Notes: generated from the sequence alone by a model not told the origin. Positions 46,513 through 58,977 are shown, counted from the first letter of the stretch. The stretch is DNA of 64,000 bases from an uncultured Chryseobacterium sp. (GCA_966211705.1 CBIHOC010000016.1:44081-108080); one strand, 5' to 3'. Numbers and translations: made by a program.

Positions 46513-47898
46513 TCAACTTTTTTGCCGGCCTGCGTTGAGCGAATAAGCAATGCCGATGCGGCCTGAAATGTTTTTGTCGAGATACGGGTTGCCCATCAGC
46601 CAGCCTGCTGTTTTTGCGGTGATGCCGGCTTCGGCCCTGAAATTGCCCGCGAGTTTCACCGACGCATTCACATCCACCGCGCCGCCTTTTGTTCCATTCA
46701 GCGTGAAGAAATCCTGGTTTTCGGGCTGCACCCATCCGTGAACAACGGTGGAAAGCAGGACATGTTTGCCGGCCGGCTTATCGATCACGCCGAATTCGAT
46801 GCCGAAGAACGGTTCCGTGCGGTTGTTGTAATTGTGAACCGCAAAAAGCAGGTTGTTCTTTTTTGTCCAGACCGGCACCGTGAGGGAAATTGCATTCCCG
46901 AAATGTGTCGGCGCGTACTGGAAGAAAAGGTTGAAAGCGAGCCCGTCGCCCATGGGGATGCGGTTGATGCAGAAAATGGCGGGGTTGACGAAATTCAGGA
47001 ACGACAATTTTTTCTGGGTCTGCAGGTAATCTTTTGCTTCCTGCGAAAGGTCGCTGTACCCGATCCGGCGGTTTTCGCCTTCGCCGTTCGGGAAATTGTC
47101 GCGGTCGGCGTATGCTTTCGAAGGATTGAACATGTCGTACGCCCACGCCGTCAGGTCGGCCCCGGCAAAATCGCGGTCTTCGGGGGTTACGCCCTCATGC
47201 TGTGGCGCGATCGCTTTTACGGAATCGCTTGCCGCGCTGGTTGAAAAGCGAAAATAATTCCAGACATACCAGGCGTTGTAGAGGTAAAGCGGGTTCTTGT
47301 AAACCGACCGTTTCGTGTAGACGTCATGGATCACGTTGCTGCGTGTCGACATGTTTTCAAATTGTACGCCGGAAACGTAGGAATACAACAGGCCCGGAAG
47401 ATTGTCCCGTTTCAGCGTGGAAAGACTTTCATCGGAAACGCCGTACACTGTGCCGTCCCACCGGTTGAGCAGCCAGTTCCCGTTCTTGCTTTTGATCCCG
47501 TTCACGCCCAGCACGGAGCGATGATATTCCTCGTGCGCCCAAACGCCCAGCGGGATCGGGAGCTCGCTGCCGTAACGCGCAAACGCAAAGCCAACCGCAT
47601 AATCGAAAGCGCCGGACAGGAATTTATTTCTCGCCGGTGGATTTTCGGAAGCTGTCCTGAAAATGGATTTTCCCGCAGCATGGATTCCCCAGAATCCCGC
47701 GTCGTAAAACGTGTTGCTCCAGCCGAGCGCCTGCTGCATCGACGGATAAGTTTTCGTGTTCTGCGGAAAATCGGCAAGCGGCGCATGGAGATCGAGCTGC
47801 TGTACCGGTTGCGCTTCTTGCGCTGAAAGGTTGCCCGTTACGGCAAACAGGAGGATGGCGCCTGCGACAGCCGCAGGCGAGGTGTAAAGAAATTTCAT
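46513..47898 (-). CDS. Hypothetical exported protein with an HExxH motif
   Basis: Signal peptide, WAHEEYH and a beta-strand-rich C-terminal third. Confidence 0.72.
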   Translation of the reverse strand: MKFLYTSPAAVAGAILLFAVTGNLSAQEAQPVQQLDLHAPLADFPQNTKTYPSMQQALGWSNTFYDAGFWGIHAAGKSIFRTASENPPARNKFLSGAFDYAVGFAFARYGSELPIPLGVWAHEEYHRSVLGVNGIKSKNGNWLLNRWDGTVYGVSDESLSTLKRDNLPGLLYSYVSGVQFENMSTRSNVIHDVYTKRSVYKNPLYLYNAWYVWNYFRFSTSAASDSVKAIAPQHEGVTPEDRDFAGADLTAWAYDMFNPSKAYADRDNFPNGEGENRRIGYSDLSQEAKDYLQTQKKLSFLNFVNPAIFCINRIPMGDGLAFNLFFQYAPTHFGNAISLTVPVWTKKNNLLFAVHNYNNRTEPFFGIEFGVIDKPAGKHVLLSTVVHGWVQPENQDFFTLNGTKGGAVDVNASVKLAGNFRAEAGITAKTAGWLMGNPYLDKNISGRIGIAYSLNAGRQKS

Positions 47899-48079
47899 GT
47901 TGTGTTTAAGAAAACGAATGTGTTCTCCGTCTTCAATGCATAAGACGGATAGCTGCGGAAGATGTTACAGCAACATCGTTAAAGAAGTGTTAATGGAAAA
48001 AACCAAAGACTCAAATTCCAAACTTATTCGCCAATACAATCGTTTGGGATTTGAGATTTTCCGGTTTGGAATTTTTATC

Positions 48080-50089
<2,010 letters not shown>

Positions 50090-50184
50090 AGCTGTAGCTT
50101 TCGGGGAAACCGCCCGGGCGGAAACTCCAAAGGTAAAAATTCGCCTGCCCTGAAAAGGCGCTGACTATGGAGTTTTCAACCTGT

Positions 50185-51708
50185 TTACACGATAACCTTC
50201 TTGCCGTTCTCCATGTACTGGATCGTGTAAAGTTCCGGCCGGCGGTCTTTCCACGTCTGCACGCTTCCGAACTCCCGGTTGCGCGCGAGCAGGTTCAGGT
50301 CGAGGTCCTGGTAGATCAGCGTTTCCGTGTTTGCCGGCGCTTCCGTGGCGATCGCTTCGCGGTGGAACTCCACGTCCGACGGCGTCAGGATCGCTGCCTG
50401 CGAGTAGTGAATGTCCATGTTCTCCACCTGGGGAAGATTGCCGATCGCGCCGGTGATGACGACGTAGACCTGGTTTTCGATCGCGCGCGCCTGCGAGCAG
50501 TAGCGGACGCGCAGGTAGCTCCGGCGCTCGTCGGTGTTGAACGGAACGAAAAGTATCTGCGCGCCTTTCTTCGTCGCGATGCGCGCCAGCTCCGGGAATT
50601 CCACGTCGTAGCAGATCAGGATCGCCACTTTGCCGCGGTCGGTGTCGAACACTTCAACGCTGTTGCCGGGTTTCACGCCCCACCATTTTTTCTCGTGCGG
50701 CGTGATGTGCAGCTTGTACTGCTTGCCCAGCGTGCCGTTGCGTTTGAAGATGTAGGAGACGTTATAAAGCGTGTCGTCCTCCACCACGAAATGCGATCCG
50801 CCGATGATATTGATGTTGTATTTGATCGCCAGGTTCGTGAACAGCTCCTCGTAACGTTTCGTGAACTGGTCGAGCTGGCGGATGGCCTTGCCCGGCGTTT
50901 TGTCCGGGAGAAACGTGAGCAGCTGCATGGTGAACATTTCCGGGAAGAGCACGAAATCGCAGCGGTACTCCGAAGCGGCGTCCACGAAATATTCGCAGTG
51001 ACGCGCGAATTCATCGAAGTCTTTGATCATGCGCATCTCGAACTGCACCGCGCAGACCCGCGCATATTGCTCGTCTTTCCTGCCTTTTTTCGGCTGGTAC
51101 GTAAAGTTCGGCCACTCCAGCGAGGTCGCGTAACCGCACGATTCCTTGTCGTTCGGCAGGTAATCCGGCAGGAGGCGCTGCAGCACGAAGCCGTTCGCCA
51201 GCTGCGCCGTAAGCACGGGATCGTAGATCTTTTTGTCGATCACGCGCTCCACGTATTGCGCCGCCGAAAGCTTGTCCGCGTACTTGTGGTAATTCGGAAT
51301 TCTCCCCCCGATGCGGATCGAGCGCAGGTTTTTGTCGCGGGCCAGTTTCTGCCGTGCCGCGTACAGGCGCCGCGAGAGCTTCATGCCCTGGTAGGAAGGG
51401 TGCACCATGATCTCGATGCCGTACAGCGTATCGCCTTCCGGGTCGTGGTTGGTGATCATGCCGCCGTTGGTCAGCTCGTGCCAGGAGTGCTTGTCGGCAT
51501 ACTCTTCCGATTGGATAATATGGCTGCTCGAGCTGGCTACCAGCTTGCCGTCGTATTCGATTCCCATCTGCCCTTCCGGGAAAATGGACACGAGGTTCTT
51601 GAATTGTTCTTCGCTCCAGGGTTTCATCCCGGGGAAGCAGCTCAGCTGCATTTCAGTGATGGCCTGGTAATCGTTCAAACGTAGTTTTCTCAGCCTGATC
51701 TTTTTCAT
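50185..51708 (-). CDS. GNAT acetyltransferase/carbon-nitrogen hydrolase fusion
   Basis: N-terminal GNAT (YGIEIMVHPSYQGMKL) and nitrilase triad FPEMF, QYKLH, ICYDVEFP. Confidence 0.9.
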   Translation of the reverse strand: MKKIRLRKLRLNDYQAITEMQLSCFPGMKPWSEEQFKNLVSIFPEGQMGIEYDGKLVASSSSHIIQSEEYADKHSWHELTNGGMITNHDPEGDTLYGIEIMVHPSYQGMKLSRRLYAARQKLARDKNLRSIRIGGRIPNYHKYADKLSAAQYVERVIDKKIYDPVLTAQLANGFVLQRLLPDYLPNDKESCGYATSLEWPNFTYQPKKGRKDEQYARVCAVQFEMRMIKDFDEFARHCEYFVDAASEYRCDFVLFPEMFTMQLLTFLPDKTPGKAIRQLDQFTKRYEELFTNLAIKYNINIIGGSHFVVEDDTLYNVSYIFKRNGTLGKQYKLHITPHEKKWWGVKPGNSVEVFDTDRGKVAILICYDVEFPELARIATKKGAQILFVPFNTDERRSYLRVRYCSQARAIENQVYVVITGAIGNLPQVENMDIHYSQAAILTPSDVEFHREAIATEAPANTETLIYQDLDLNLLARNREFGSVQTWKDRRPELYTIQYMENGKKVIV

Positions 51709-51922
51709 AGTGTAGGATCAAAAATGTTGCTCCGGGAAATTATTCTGCCTGGGGAAGCGACCTGGAGCAGGTGTGGCAACGCGGGTAATTAAGACGTTGC
51801 GTGAAAATTGAAATACAAAAGTACGGACTTTGGGAAGATATGCGGGGTTAAAGTCTGTGAACGCCCGAGGCCGGGTTGAGCAGCCGGGAACTCCGTGCCT
51901 CGTGGTCCCTCTTTTTGTACTC

Positions 51923-52102
51923 TTACCCTTTCTTCTCCTTATCAAACCTCCCCGTCTTCTTATTAAATCCATACGGGCAATGTTTGCAACCATTCTGGCA
52001 GCAATAGCCGCGCTTCAGCAAATATTTTTCCGTGAACACGATGTAGCCTTCTTCGCTGTAATAAAAATCTTCCGGGTCGAGGCGTTTGGGTCCTTCGTTC
52101 AT
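51923..52102 (-). CDS. Small Cys-rich protein (DUF5522-like)
   Basis: DFYYSEEGYIVFTEKYLLKRGYCCQNGCKHCPY. Start at ATG 52102. Confidence 0.8.
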   Translation of the reverse strand: MNEGPKRLDPEDFYYSEEGYIVFTEKYLLKRGYCCQNGCKHCPYGFNKKTGRFDKEKKG

Positions 52103-52132
52103 CGCCGGTAAAGTTACTTTTTCGTCGCGTTC

Positions 52133-52191
52133 TTTTAATCCTCGAAGGTTTGCGCGCGGACCTCGCGCCTGCAAACCTTCGAGGGTTAAAA
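52133..52191. repeat. Long REP-like hairpin in a divergent intergenic region
   Basis: 21-bp arms TTTTAATCCTCGAAGGTTTGC / GCAAACCTTCGAGGGTTAAAA (1 mismatch) plus an inner GCGCG stem. Confidence 0.8.
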
Positions 52192-52208
52192 TCCTTAATA
52201 TTGTAAGG

Positions 52209-53333
52209 ATGAAAACACGGATCGCGGTCTTTCTCGGAATTGCCTTTTGCGTGTTCGCTGCCTGCCGCAAAGAAGACACCGTCCCCGGCGGTCCGCCACA
52301 GCGCGTGCCGGTGCTGCCCGAAGATCCGTACGATTATGTTTCCGCATCGCAATTTCCGGCGTGGTTTCTCGTCCCGCCGCTGAGCTTCATCAACTCGGAG
52401 CCGGCATCCAATCCCACCACCGACTGGGGCGCAACGCTCGGGCGCGTGCTGTTTTACGATACGCAGTTGTCCGCCAACAACACGGTTTCCTGCGGCTCCT
52501 GCCACAAGCAGGAACATGGTTTCGCCGATGTGAGCGCGGGCAGCAGGGGTTTTATGGGCGGGCACACCGACCGCAATTCCATGGCGCTGGTGAATGCGCG
52601 TTTTTCGTTCCGCTACTTCTGGGACCTGCGCGCGAACGGGCTCGAACAGCAGGTGATGATGCCCATTGTGAATGCGGTGGAGATGGGAACCGATACAAGT
52701 TTGTTGCCGGCCAGGCTCGCGCAGCTTCCGTATTATCCTTCGTTGTTCCTGCGAGCGTTCGGCACCACGCAGATCACGAACAAGCTCATCAGCCGCGCGC
52801 TGGCACAATTCGTGCGGAGCATCAATTCGTGGAATACGCGTTACGACGAAGGCATGCACGATAATTTCGCTTCCTTCACGCTGCTGGAAAAAGACGGGAA
52901 GAATTTTTACATGAGCGGGCAGTTCGCCTGCAACCATTGCCACACGACAACCAATTTTTACACCACCGCCCCGCTGAACAACGGGCTCGAATCGGTTTTC
53001 GCCGACAGCGGTTTCGCGCTCGTTACCGGTGATCCCGCCGACATCGGGAAATTCAAAGTGCCTTCCCTGCGCAATGTTGCGCTCACCGCGCCCTACATGC
53101 ACGACGGACGTTTCGCGACGTTGTACGACGTGGTGGAGCATTACAATTCCGGCATCCAGCCCAGTCCCGCGCTCGACGATCGCCTCACGGTGGAAGGCAT
53201 TACCGGTGGAACGCCGCGGCAATTCAACATGACGGAATACCAGAAGCTCGCGCTCGTTGCTTTTCTCGGCACGCTCACCGATGAGCCGCTCATCAGCGAT
53301 CCGAAATATTCCGACCCGTTCCGCGTGCGATGA
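52209..53333 (+). CDS. Di-heme cytochrome c peroxidase/MauG-like lipoprotein
   Basis: Lipobox FAAC, CGSCH, CNHCH and FKVPSLRNVALTAPYMHDG motifs. Confidence 0.9.
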   Translation: MKTRIAVFLGIAFCVFAACRKEDTVPGGPPQRVPVLPEDPYDYVSASQFPAWFLVPPLSFINSEPASNPTTDWGATLGRVLFYDTQLSANNTVSCGSCHKQEHGFADVSAGSRGFMGGHTDRNSMALVNARFSFRYFWDLRANGLEQQVMMPIVNAVEMGTDTSLLPARLAQLPYYPSLFLRAFGTTQITNKLISRALAQFVRSINSWNTRYDEGMHDNFASFTLLEKDGKNFYMSGQFACNHCHTTTNFYTTAPLNNGLESVFADSGFALVTGDPADIGKFKVPSLRNVALTAPYMHDGRFATLYDVVEHYNSGIQPSPALDDRLTVEGITGGTPRQFNMTEYQKLALVAFLGTLTDEPLISDPKYSDPFRVR

Positions 53334-54211
53334 TCAGTCCTGTTTTTTTCGCTGAGAAACGCATCGACATTTTACGCCTGGATCTTCCCGATCCGGTGAC
53401 CGGCGGAAACAAAGCGTTCAAGCTGAAATATAACGTGGAGGAAATGCGGCGGCAGGGCCTGGACCGGCTGCTTACGTTCGGCGGTGCGTTCTCCAATCAC
53501 ATCGCGGCGGTGGCTGTGGCGGGAAAACGAAACGGTTTCGAAACCGCCGGCATCATTCGCGGAGACGAGCTGAACGAAAACGCAAACGCGGTGTTGAAAT
53601 TTGCGGCGTCTTGCGGAATGAAGCTCGTGTTTGTTTCGCGTGAAAATTACCGGCGGCGAAACGATGTCGATTTCTGCCAACACCTGCTTTCGGAATACGG
53701 ACCGGCGTACCTGCTCCCCGAAGGCGGATCAAACACGTTTGCGGTGAAAGGCTGCATGGAAATTTTACCGCCCGGAACGGAACAATATGACGTGATCGTT
53801 TGCCCCGTCGGCACCGGCGCCACGCTTGCGGGAATTGCGGCTTCCGCGAAAGCGCACCAGCACGTAACCGGGATCGCTGTGCTGAAAGGAAAAAATTATC
53901 TCGAAGCGGAAGTGAAACGATTATTGCAGGAATTTCCTGCCGGGGCGACATGGCATATTGATCACGAACACACGTTTGGCGGTTACGCGCATACGTCGCC
54001 GGAGCTGGAAGCATTCATTACAGAAATGAAAACGCAGCATGCACTTCCGCTCGATGCGGTCTATTCGGGAAAAGCGTTGTTCGCATTGCGGGAAATGGTT
54101 GCGAAAGAAAATTTTCCCGGGAAACGCGTGCTGTTCGTTCACACCGGCGGATATGCGTTCACAGGAACCGATATGGCGATGAATTCTTATTTTTCGAAAA
54201 AAATCCCATGA
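53330..54211 (+). CDS. PLP-dependent D-cysteine desulfhydrase/ACC deaminase family
   Basis: GGNKAFKL, TFGGAFSNH, LPEGG, VGTGATLAG, LDAVYSGK and HTGG motifs. Confidence 0.9.
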   Translation: MISPVFFAEKRIDILRLDLPDPVTGGNKAFKLKYNVEEMRRQGLDRLLTFGGAFSNHIAAVAVAGKRNGFETAGIIRGDELNENANAVLKFAASCGMKLVFVSRENYRRRNDVDFCQHLLSEYGPAYLLPEGGSNTFAVKGCMEILPPGTEQYDVIVCPVGTGATLAGIAASAKAHQHVTGIAVLKGKNYLEAEVKRLLQEFPAGATWHIDHEHTFGGYAHTSPELEAFITEMKTQHALPLDAVYSGKALFALREMVAKENFPGKRVLFVHTGGYAFTGTDMAMNSYFSKKIP

Positions 54212-54447
54212 AAACACTTGCCACAATTTTCACCATGATGGGTTACCTCCTGGTGTTTTATTCCATCGCCGGCGGCATTGCCGGCATGTACGATTACGAG
54301 ATCAAGATCAAAGGAGCCGGCATGGGCGTGATGGACTGGGGAACTGCAGCCTTCCTCATGGTACTCGGCGCCCTGTTCCTCGGCGGCGGACTCTTCTGGT
54401 CGAAACGGATTGAAAAGAAGGAGAAGGCTGCGCAGGAAACGGTATAA
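54208..54447 (+). CDS. Small two-TM membrane protein
   Basis: ATGA-coupled to the upstream gene; two hydrophobic segments and a basic tail. Confidence 0.68.
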   Translation: MKTLATIFTMMGYLLVFYSIAGGIAGMYDYEIKIKGAGMGVMDWGTAAFLMVLGALFLGGGLFWSKRIEKKEKAAQETV

Positions 54448-54624
54448 TTCCAATTGCAACCGGCAATTGGAAACGGCAATTGGAAATTCTGTTGTTGCGA
54501 AGTAAAGCGCTGTATAACGGAGATTTCCGTGTGCAATTAACATTTAGCTGTTGACAGAATAGGGCCCGGAGCCTTGAGTACAGCGGGCGACGGGAATAAA
54601 TTTGTATGCATCCGGTAGTTTGTC

Positions 54625-55554
54625 ATGGCACATTTTGTAAAAAACATCCTGCTTTTCCTGCTGCTCTGCGGCCCGGCGATGCTCGTGGCCCAGCCTTCCG
54701 AACGCAAGTCCACGCCTTCCGATTACGTCACGAGGTACAAGGACGACGCCATCCGCGAGATGCAGATGCACAAAGTCCCCGCCAGCATCACGCTCGCGCA
54801 GGGCATGCTCGAATCCGACAACGGCAACAGCGCGCTGGCGGTTTACGCCAATAACCATTTCGGCATCAAATGCCACGTCGGCTGGACCGGCGACACGTAC
54901 GTCCAGGACGACGACGACACGAACGAATGTTTCCGGAAATATCCTTCGGTGTACGACTCGTACGTCGATCATTCTCTTTTCCTGAAAAACCGCAGCCGTT
55001 ACGCCGCACTTTTCGAGCTGAAAGCAACCGATTACAAGGGCTGGGCGAAAGGGCTGAAAGCGGCAGGATACGCCACCGACCCGAAATACGCCGACCGCCT
55101 GATCGACATCATCGAACGGTACCGGCTGTACGAATACGATAACCAGGCGAACCTGCCCATCACGGCAAGCACGCCGAGGGACGGCGGACAACAGACCGTT
55201 TCAGCCAGCGTCACGCGCCGGGAAATTTTCTTCAACAACAACATCAAGTACGTCATCGTAAAACCCGGCGACACGTTCATGAAACTCGCGCAGGAGCTGG
55301 AGATGGGGCCGTGGCAGCTGTACAAGTACAATGAGCTGAAGAAAGGCGCTTCGCTTACACCGGGGCAAATGCTGTACATCCAGCCCAAGCGGAAAAAATC
55401 GGTGAAGGAAAAAACGCACACGGTAAAGCCCGGCGAAACGATGTACGAGATCTCGCAGCATTACGGCGTGAAGGTGAAGTGGCTGTACAAGCACAATTAC
55501 ATGCCTCCCGGATCGCAGCCGAAAGCAGGCGAGACGATCAAGCTGAGAAAATAG
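54625..55554 (+). CDS. Glucosaminidase (GH73) with two LysM domains
   Basis: PASITLAQGMLES, NNHFGIKC, GYATDPKY; LysM repeats VKPGDT and VKPGET. Confidence 0.92.
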   Translation: MAHFVKNILLFLLLCGPAMLVAQPSERKSTPSDYVTRYKDDAIREMQMHKVPASITLAQGMLESDNGNSALAVYANNHFGIKCHVGWTGDTYVQDDDDTNECFRKYPSVYDSYVDHSLFLKNRSRYAALFELKATDYKGWAKGLKAAGYATDPKYADRLIDIIERYRLYEYDNQANLPITASTPRDGGQQTVSASVTRREIFFNNNIKYVIVKPGDTFMKLAQELEMGPWQLYKYNELKKGASLTPGQMLYIQPKRKKSVKEKTHTVKPGETMYEISQHYGVKVKWLYKHNYMPPGSQPKAGETIKLRK

Positions 55555-55559
55555 AATTT

Positions 55560-55619
55560 AACCACGGAGACACGGAGGCACGGAGAATCAGAACTCCGTG
55601 TCCCCGTGTCTCCGTGGTT
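55560..55619. repeat. Family 1 palindromic element (complete)
   Basis: 26-bp arms AACCACGGAGACACGGAGGCACGGAG / CTCCGTGTCCCCGTGTCTCCGTGGTT between convergent genes. Confidence 0.9.
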
Positions 55620-55622
55620 TTT

Positions 55623-56177
55623 TCAGCACTGCGAAAGGAAATTCCCGATCAGTTTTTTCCCATTCTCTCCCGACACTTCCGGGTGGAACTGCACGCCCCA
55701 GAACGGAAGCACGGGATGTCGCATGCCTTCGATGGTGTAGCTGGATGACGTGGCGAGGTGAATGAAATCCGGCGGGAGCGAAATGCCTTCCGTATGGTCT
55801 TCCTCCATTTGCGTTAAAGGCGAAAGACCTTTGAAGAGCGCATCTTCTTTCACCACGCTGACGGGGATCGTCGTGCGGATTTCCGGGCCACGGAAAATGG
55901 TCGCATCGTGCAGCAGGCCCATGAGTTGATGGCCGAAACAAATGCCGAGCGTGGGAATTTTCCCGTTGCGCACAAAACTAAAACGCTCCGTGTACGGGCG
56001 ATGATCGACTTCTGTGAAGAACGTCGGCGAGCCGCTGAAGATGATGCCGCGGCTGTTTGCGAAATCGGGCGCATGCACTTCGTTCCATGTAACGATAGTC
56101 GCTTCGTTGCCGAGGCTGCGTATGACGTCGGCGATGGACGGTGTTTTGCTGCTTCCGAAATTGACGATGGTGATCAT
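55623..56177 (-). CDS. Class I glutamine amidotransferase (GMP synthase-like)
   Basis: IIFSGSP, LGICFGHQ and GVQFHPE motifs. Confidence 0.9.
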   Translation of the reverse strand: MITIVNFGSSKTPSIADVIRSLGNEATIVTWNEVHAPDFANSRGIIFSGSPTFFTEVDHRPYTERFSFVRNGKIPTLGICFGHQLMGLLHDATIFRGPEIRTTIPVSVVKEDALFKGLSPLTQMEEDHTEGISLPPDFIHLATSSSYTIEGMRHPVLPFWGVQFHPEVSGENGKKLIGNFLSQC

Positions 56178-56236
56178 GCAATAAAGTTACGGCGTTCGCC
56201 CCTCCCGCTAAACCTTTACCTGGCCCGGATAAAAAA

Positions 56237-56293
56237 AGACGTGAGACAGTTTTTAATTCCTGTCTCACGTCTCATGTCTAACGTCTCACGTCT
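56237..56293. repeat. (C/A)ACGTCT heptamer palindromic element (family 7)
   Basis: 13-bp inverted repeat at 56237-56249 / 56260-56272 plus three more units; the last overlaps the OmpA gene stop. Confidence 0.8.
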
Positions 56294-58814
56294 ACTTCTT
56301 AAAGTCGATGATCAGCATCTCCACGCGGCGGTTTTTCTGGCGTCCTTCAGGCGTATTGTTCGGCGCGATCGGGCGGGTCTGGCCGAACCATTCCGTCCTG
56401 AGGCGGTCGGCGGAAACACCTTTCTTTACGAGGTATTTCTTCACCGCTTCCGCGCGTTTCTTCGACAGGGTCATGTTTGCGGCGGGCTTGCCGACGTTGT
56501 CCGTGTGGCCGGTGATCTTCAGCGCCCATTCCGGGTGCTTGACCAGGAGCGCGGCGAGCTCGTCGAGCGCGGCATACGAAGTGGCGCGGATGATGTCTTT
56601 GCCGGATTCGAACTCGAGGTTGTCGAATGCTTTCTTCACCACTTCCTGCTCTTCTTTCGTGAGCACCACCACAACGTCTGTCACGTCAACCGGCTTGAGA
56701 CCGTTGCCTGTCGGTTTCGGAATGTCGAAGCGGAAGAGGCCGTCAGACTGGCTGCGGATCGCGCGCTTGGGCAACCCGTTCACGATGACTTTCACTTCGT
56801 TCACGCCGATCGTTTTGTCGGGATCGCCGTCGAGGCGGAAGACGCAGACAGAATCGGAAGGCAGGCTTTCGAAGGTGAAGCTGCCGTCTTTGGCCTGGCG
56901 CACCGACTTCATGCTCTGTCCTGCGATGTCGACCAGGTGCAGGCGCACTTCGGGGCAGCCTTCGTTGTCAACCGGTCCCGGCTTCTCGGGGCAGATGTCG
57001 ACTTTATCCATTACACCGTCGCCGTCTTTATCCGGGCAGCCTTTGAATTCGGGCAGGCCGGCTTCATCCGGGCAGTCGTCTTCTTTGTCAATGATCTTGT
57101 CTCCGTCTTTGTCGGGGCAGCCGTTGAACTCAGGCAATCCTTTATCATCCGGGCAGGCGTCCTGCTTGTCGGTGACGCCGTCGCTGTCGCGGTCGGGGCA
57201 GCCGTTGAACTGCTTGAGGCCGGGCTCGTCGGGGCAGGCATCTTCGGAATCCTGGATGTGGTCGCCGTCGCGGTCGGGGCAGCCGAGGAATTCCCATACG
57301 CCCGGGACGTCCTTACACTTGTCTTTCGGATCGGAGACCTTGTCCTTGTCTTTGTCGCGCGGCTCGCGGTACATGATCGGGATCTTGAGCGCTACATGCA
57401 CATCGGCGCCGTAAACGGTTTTGCTTTTGCTGAACCAGGGCGCAAGGCTGTTGGTGCCGATAACGACCGGCCCGAGGCGCACGCCTGCGCCCACCTGGAA
57501 ATGCCTGAACTGGTTGTACGACATGGGCATCCACACGCCGAACCATTTGTGGTCCCAGCGCGGCGTCAGGCTGAACGTGGTGAGCTCATGCACCTTGTTC
57601 GGGTTTTTCTTCCACTGCACGGCAATGAACGGGGTGAAGTTGACGTAGAAATCTTTCCAGATGTTGTAGTCGACCTGGAAGCTCAGCGCCGTGGGAAGGT
57701 TCATGCGGTAAGAATCTTTCGTATCATCCGCGCCGAAACGGTTGCGGAGGGTATCGTCGAGCGCTCGTATCGGGATGGAGTCGAGCACGATGTTGCGGAA
57801 GGTCCAGTTGTTGACGTCGGCCGTAAAATTGTTGCTGTATTCGCCTTTATCGAATTTAATCGAGCCGATGTCCGTCAGTGAGAAGCCGGCGCGCAGCTTG
57901 TACTTGTTCTTCGAACGCATCCAGAGGTTCGTCTGGCCGTCCATGTCGTACTTGTAATCCTGCCAGTCGGGGCGCCATTCGTAGACGAGGCCGAGATCGA
58001 GGCCGAAGCCTGGGCGGGAATCGATCCGGTACGTAATACCTTCGCCTTGCTCGAATTCGAACTGGGCGGAGTGGCTGTATTGCACTTTCGAACGGAAGAA
58101 CGTCAGCGTGCTGTCCGTCGTGGTCATATATTCGAGATTTTCAACGAACACATACGCAGAGCCCATACCGAGCAGGATCTTCGGCCGGATACCGATCTTG
58201 ATGAAATGCTCGCCGTCGGTTGCCCCCATGAGCACGCGGCTGTACGTCGGCCCGATCTCGGTCCAGCTCATGAATTGCACGCTCAGGCTTTTGTTCGTAA
58301 GCGGATCGAGGTAAAGTGTGCTGTCGTCGAAGTCGCGGTAAAGCTGGCGCGCGAGCGGCTCTTCTACACCGTCGACGTTCATATACGTGCGGATCGAGGA
58401 CGTAATGGCGAACGCGCTTACGTCATTCATAGTGACCATGAACGAAGGCAGCATGATGCGGTTGCTGAAAAATACCGATTTCGCCTGGTCGTTGCTGTTC
58501 AGCACGAGGTATTTATCCTGGAACAGCGAATCGTTGAAGGCCGGGTAGGTGGTGGTGCTGTTGGGCGGAAAGATCGGGCCGGTGCGGCCTTCCATGGCTG
58601 TTTTTTTCAGGCCGATGTAGTTGTTCTGCGCGGCAAACGAGAATCCCCCGAGCAGGAAATCGCATTTATAACGACTGTCGGCAATGGACGCAGGGTTCAG
58701 GTCGATCCCGTTAACGCCGGCGTAGTTGCTGTTGGAATAGCCGAGAAAATCCTGCGCATGCGATGCAAAGGGAAGCGCGCAGGCGACCAGGAGGGTGAGG
58801 AAAAATTTCTTCAT
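56292..58814 (-). CDS. Outer-membrane barrel (DUF5723-like) + TSP3-like repeats + OmpA domain
   Basis: Signal peptide, barrel strands, repeated CPDxDGDGxxD and GHTDNVG...LSKKRA...NRRVE. Confidence 0.88.
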   Translation of the reverse strand: MKKFFLTLLVACALPFASHAQDFLGYSNSNYAGVNGIDLNPASIADSRYKCDFLLGGFSFAAQNNYIGLKKTAMEGRTGPIFPPNSTTTYPAFNDSLFQDKYLVLNSNDQAKSVFFSNRIMLPSFMVTMNDVSAFAITSSIRTYMNVDGVEEPLARQLYRDFDDSTLYLDPLTNKSLSVQFMSWTEIGPTYSRVLMGATDGEHFIKIGIRPKILLGMGSAYVFVENLEYMTTTDSTLTFFRSKVQYSHSAQFEFEQGEGITYRIDSRPGFGLDLGLVYEWRPDWQDYKYDMDGQTNLWMRSKNKYKLRAGFSLTDIGSIKFDKGEYSNNFTADVNNWTFRNIVLDSIPIRALDDTLRNRFGADDTKDSYRMNLPTALSFQVDYNIWKDFYVNFTPFIAVQWKKNPNKVHELTTFSLTPRWDHKWFGVWMPMSYNQFRHFQVGAGVRLGPVVIGTNSLAPWFSKSKTVYGADVHVALKIPIMYREPRDKDKDKVSDPKDKCKDVPGVWEFLGCPDRDGDHIQDSEDACPDEPGLKQFNGCPDRDSDGVTDKQDACPDDKGLPEFNGCPDKDGDKIIDKEDDCPDEAGLPEFKGCPDKDGDGVMDKVDICPEKPGPVDNEGCPEVRLHLVDIAGQSMKSVRQAKDGSFTFESLPSDSVCVFRLDGDPDKTIGVNEVKVIVNGLPKRAIRSQSDGLFRFDIPKPTGNGLKPVDVTDVVVVLTKEEQEVVKKAFDNLEFESGKDIIRATSYAALDELAALLVKHPEWALKITGHTDNVGKPAANMTLSKKRAEAVKKYLVKKGVSADRLRTEWFGQTRPIAPNNTPEGRQKNRRVEMLIIDFKK

Positions 58815-58977
58815 GAAGGAGAAAACGTTGGTAAGGTAAGGTCACGAAAGATAGCAAAAAACATAAAAGCGGCTTCATGTGATCCGGGTCATTGAACAGG
58901 AAAGTGAAACCGCTATGGGGATTTCACTATTTTAGCGCGAGATACTAAATCCCCAACTAAAATTTAATCCAAGCATC

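Noticed and set aside
50100-50128. Small hairpin in the hutU leader
   Set aside because: It has only a 5-bp core stem and no U-tract, so it cannot be supported as a regulator.
56990-57350. DKDGD/CPD DNA repeats as a mobile or hypervariable element
   Set aside because: They are ordinary TSP3-like calcium-binding repeats of an OmpA protein.
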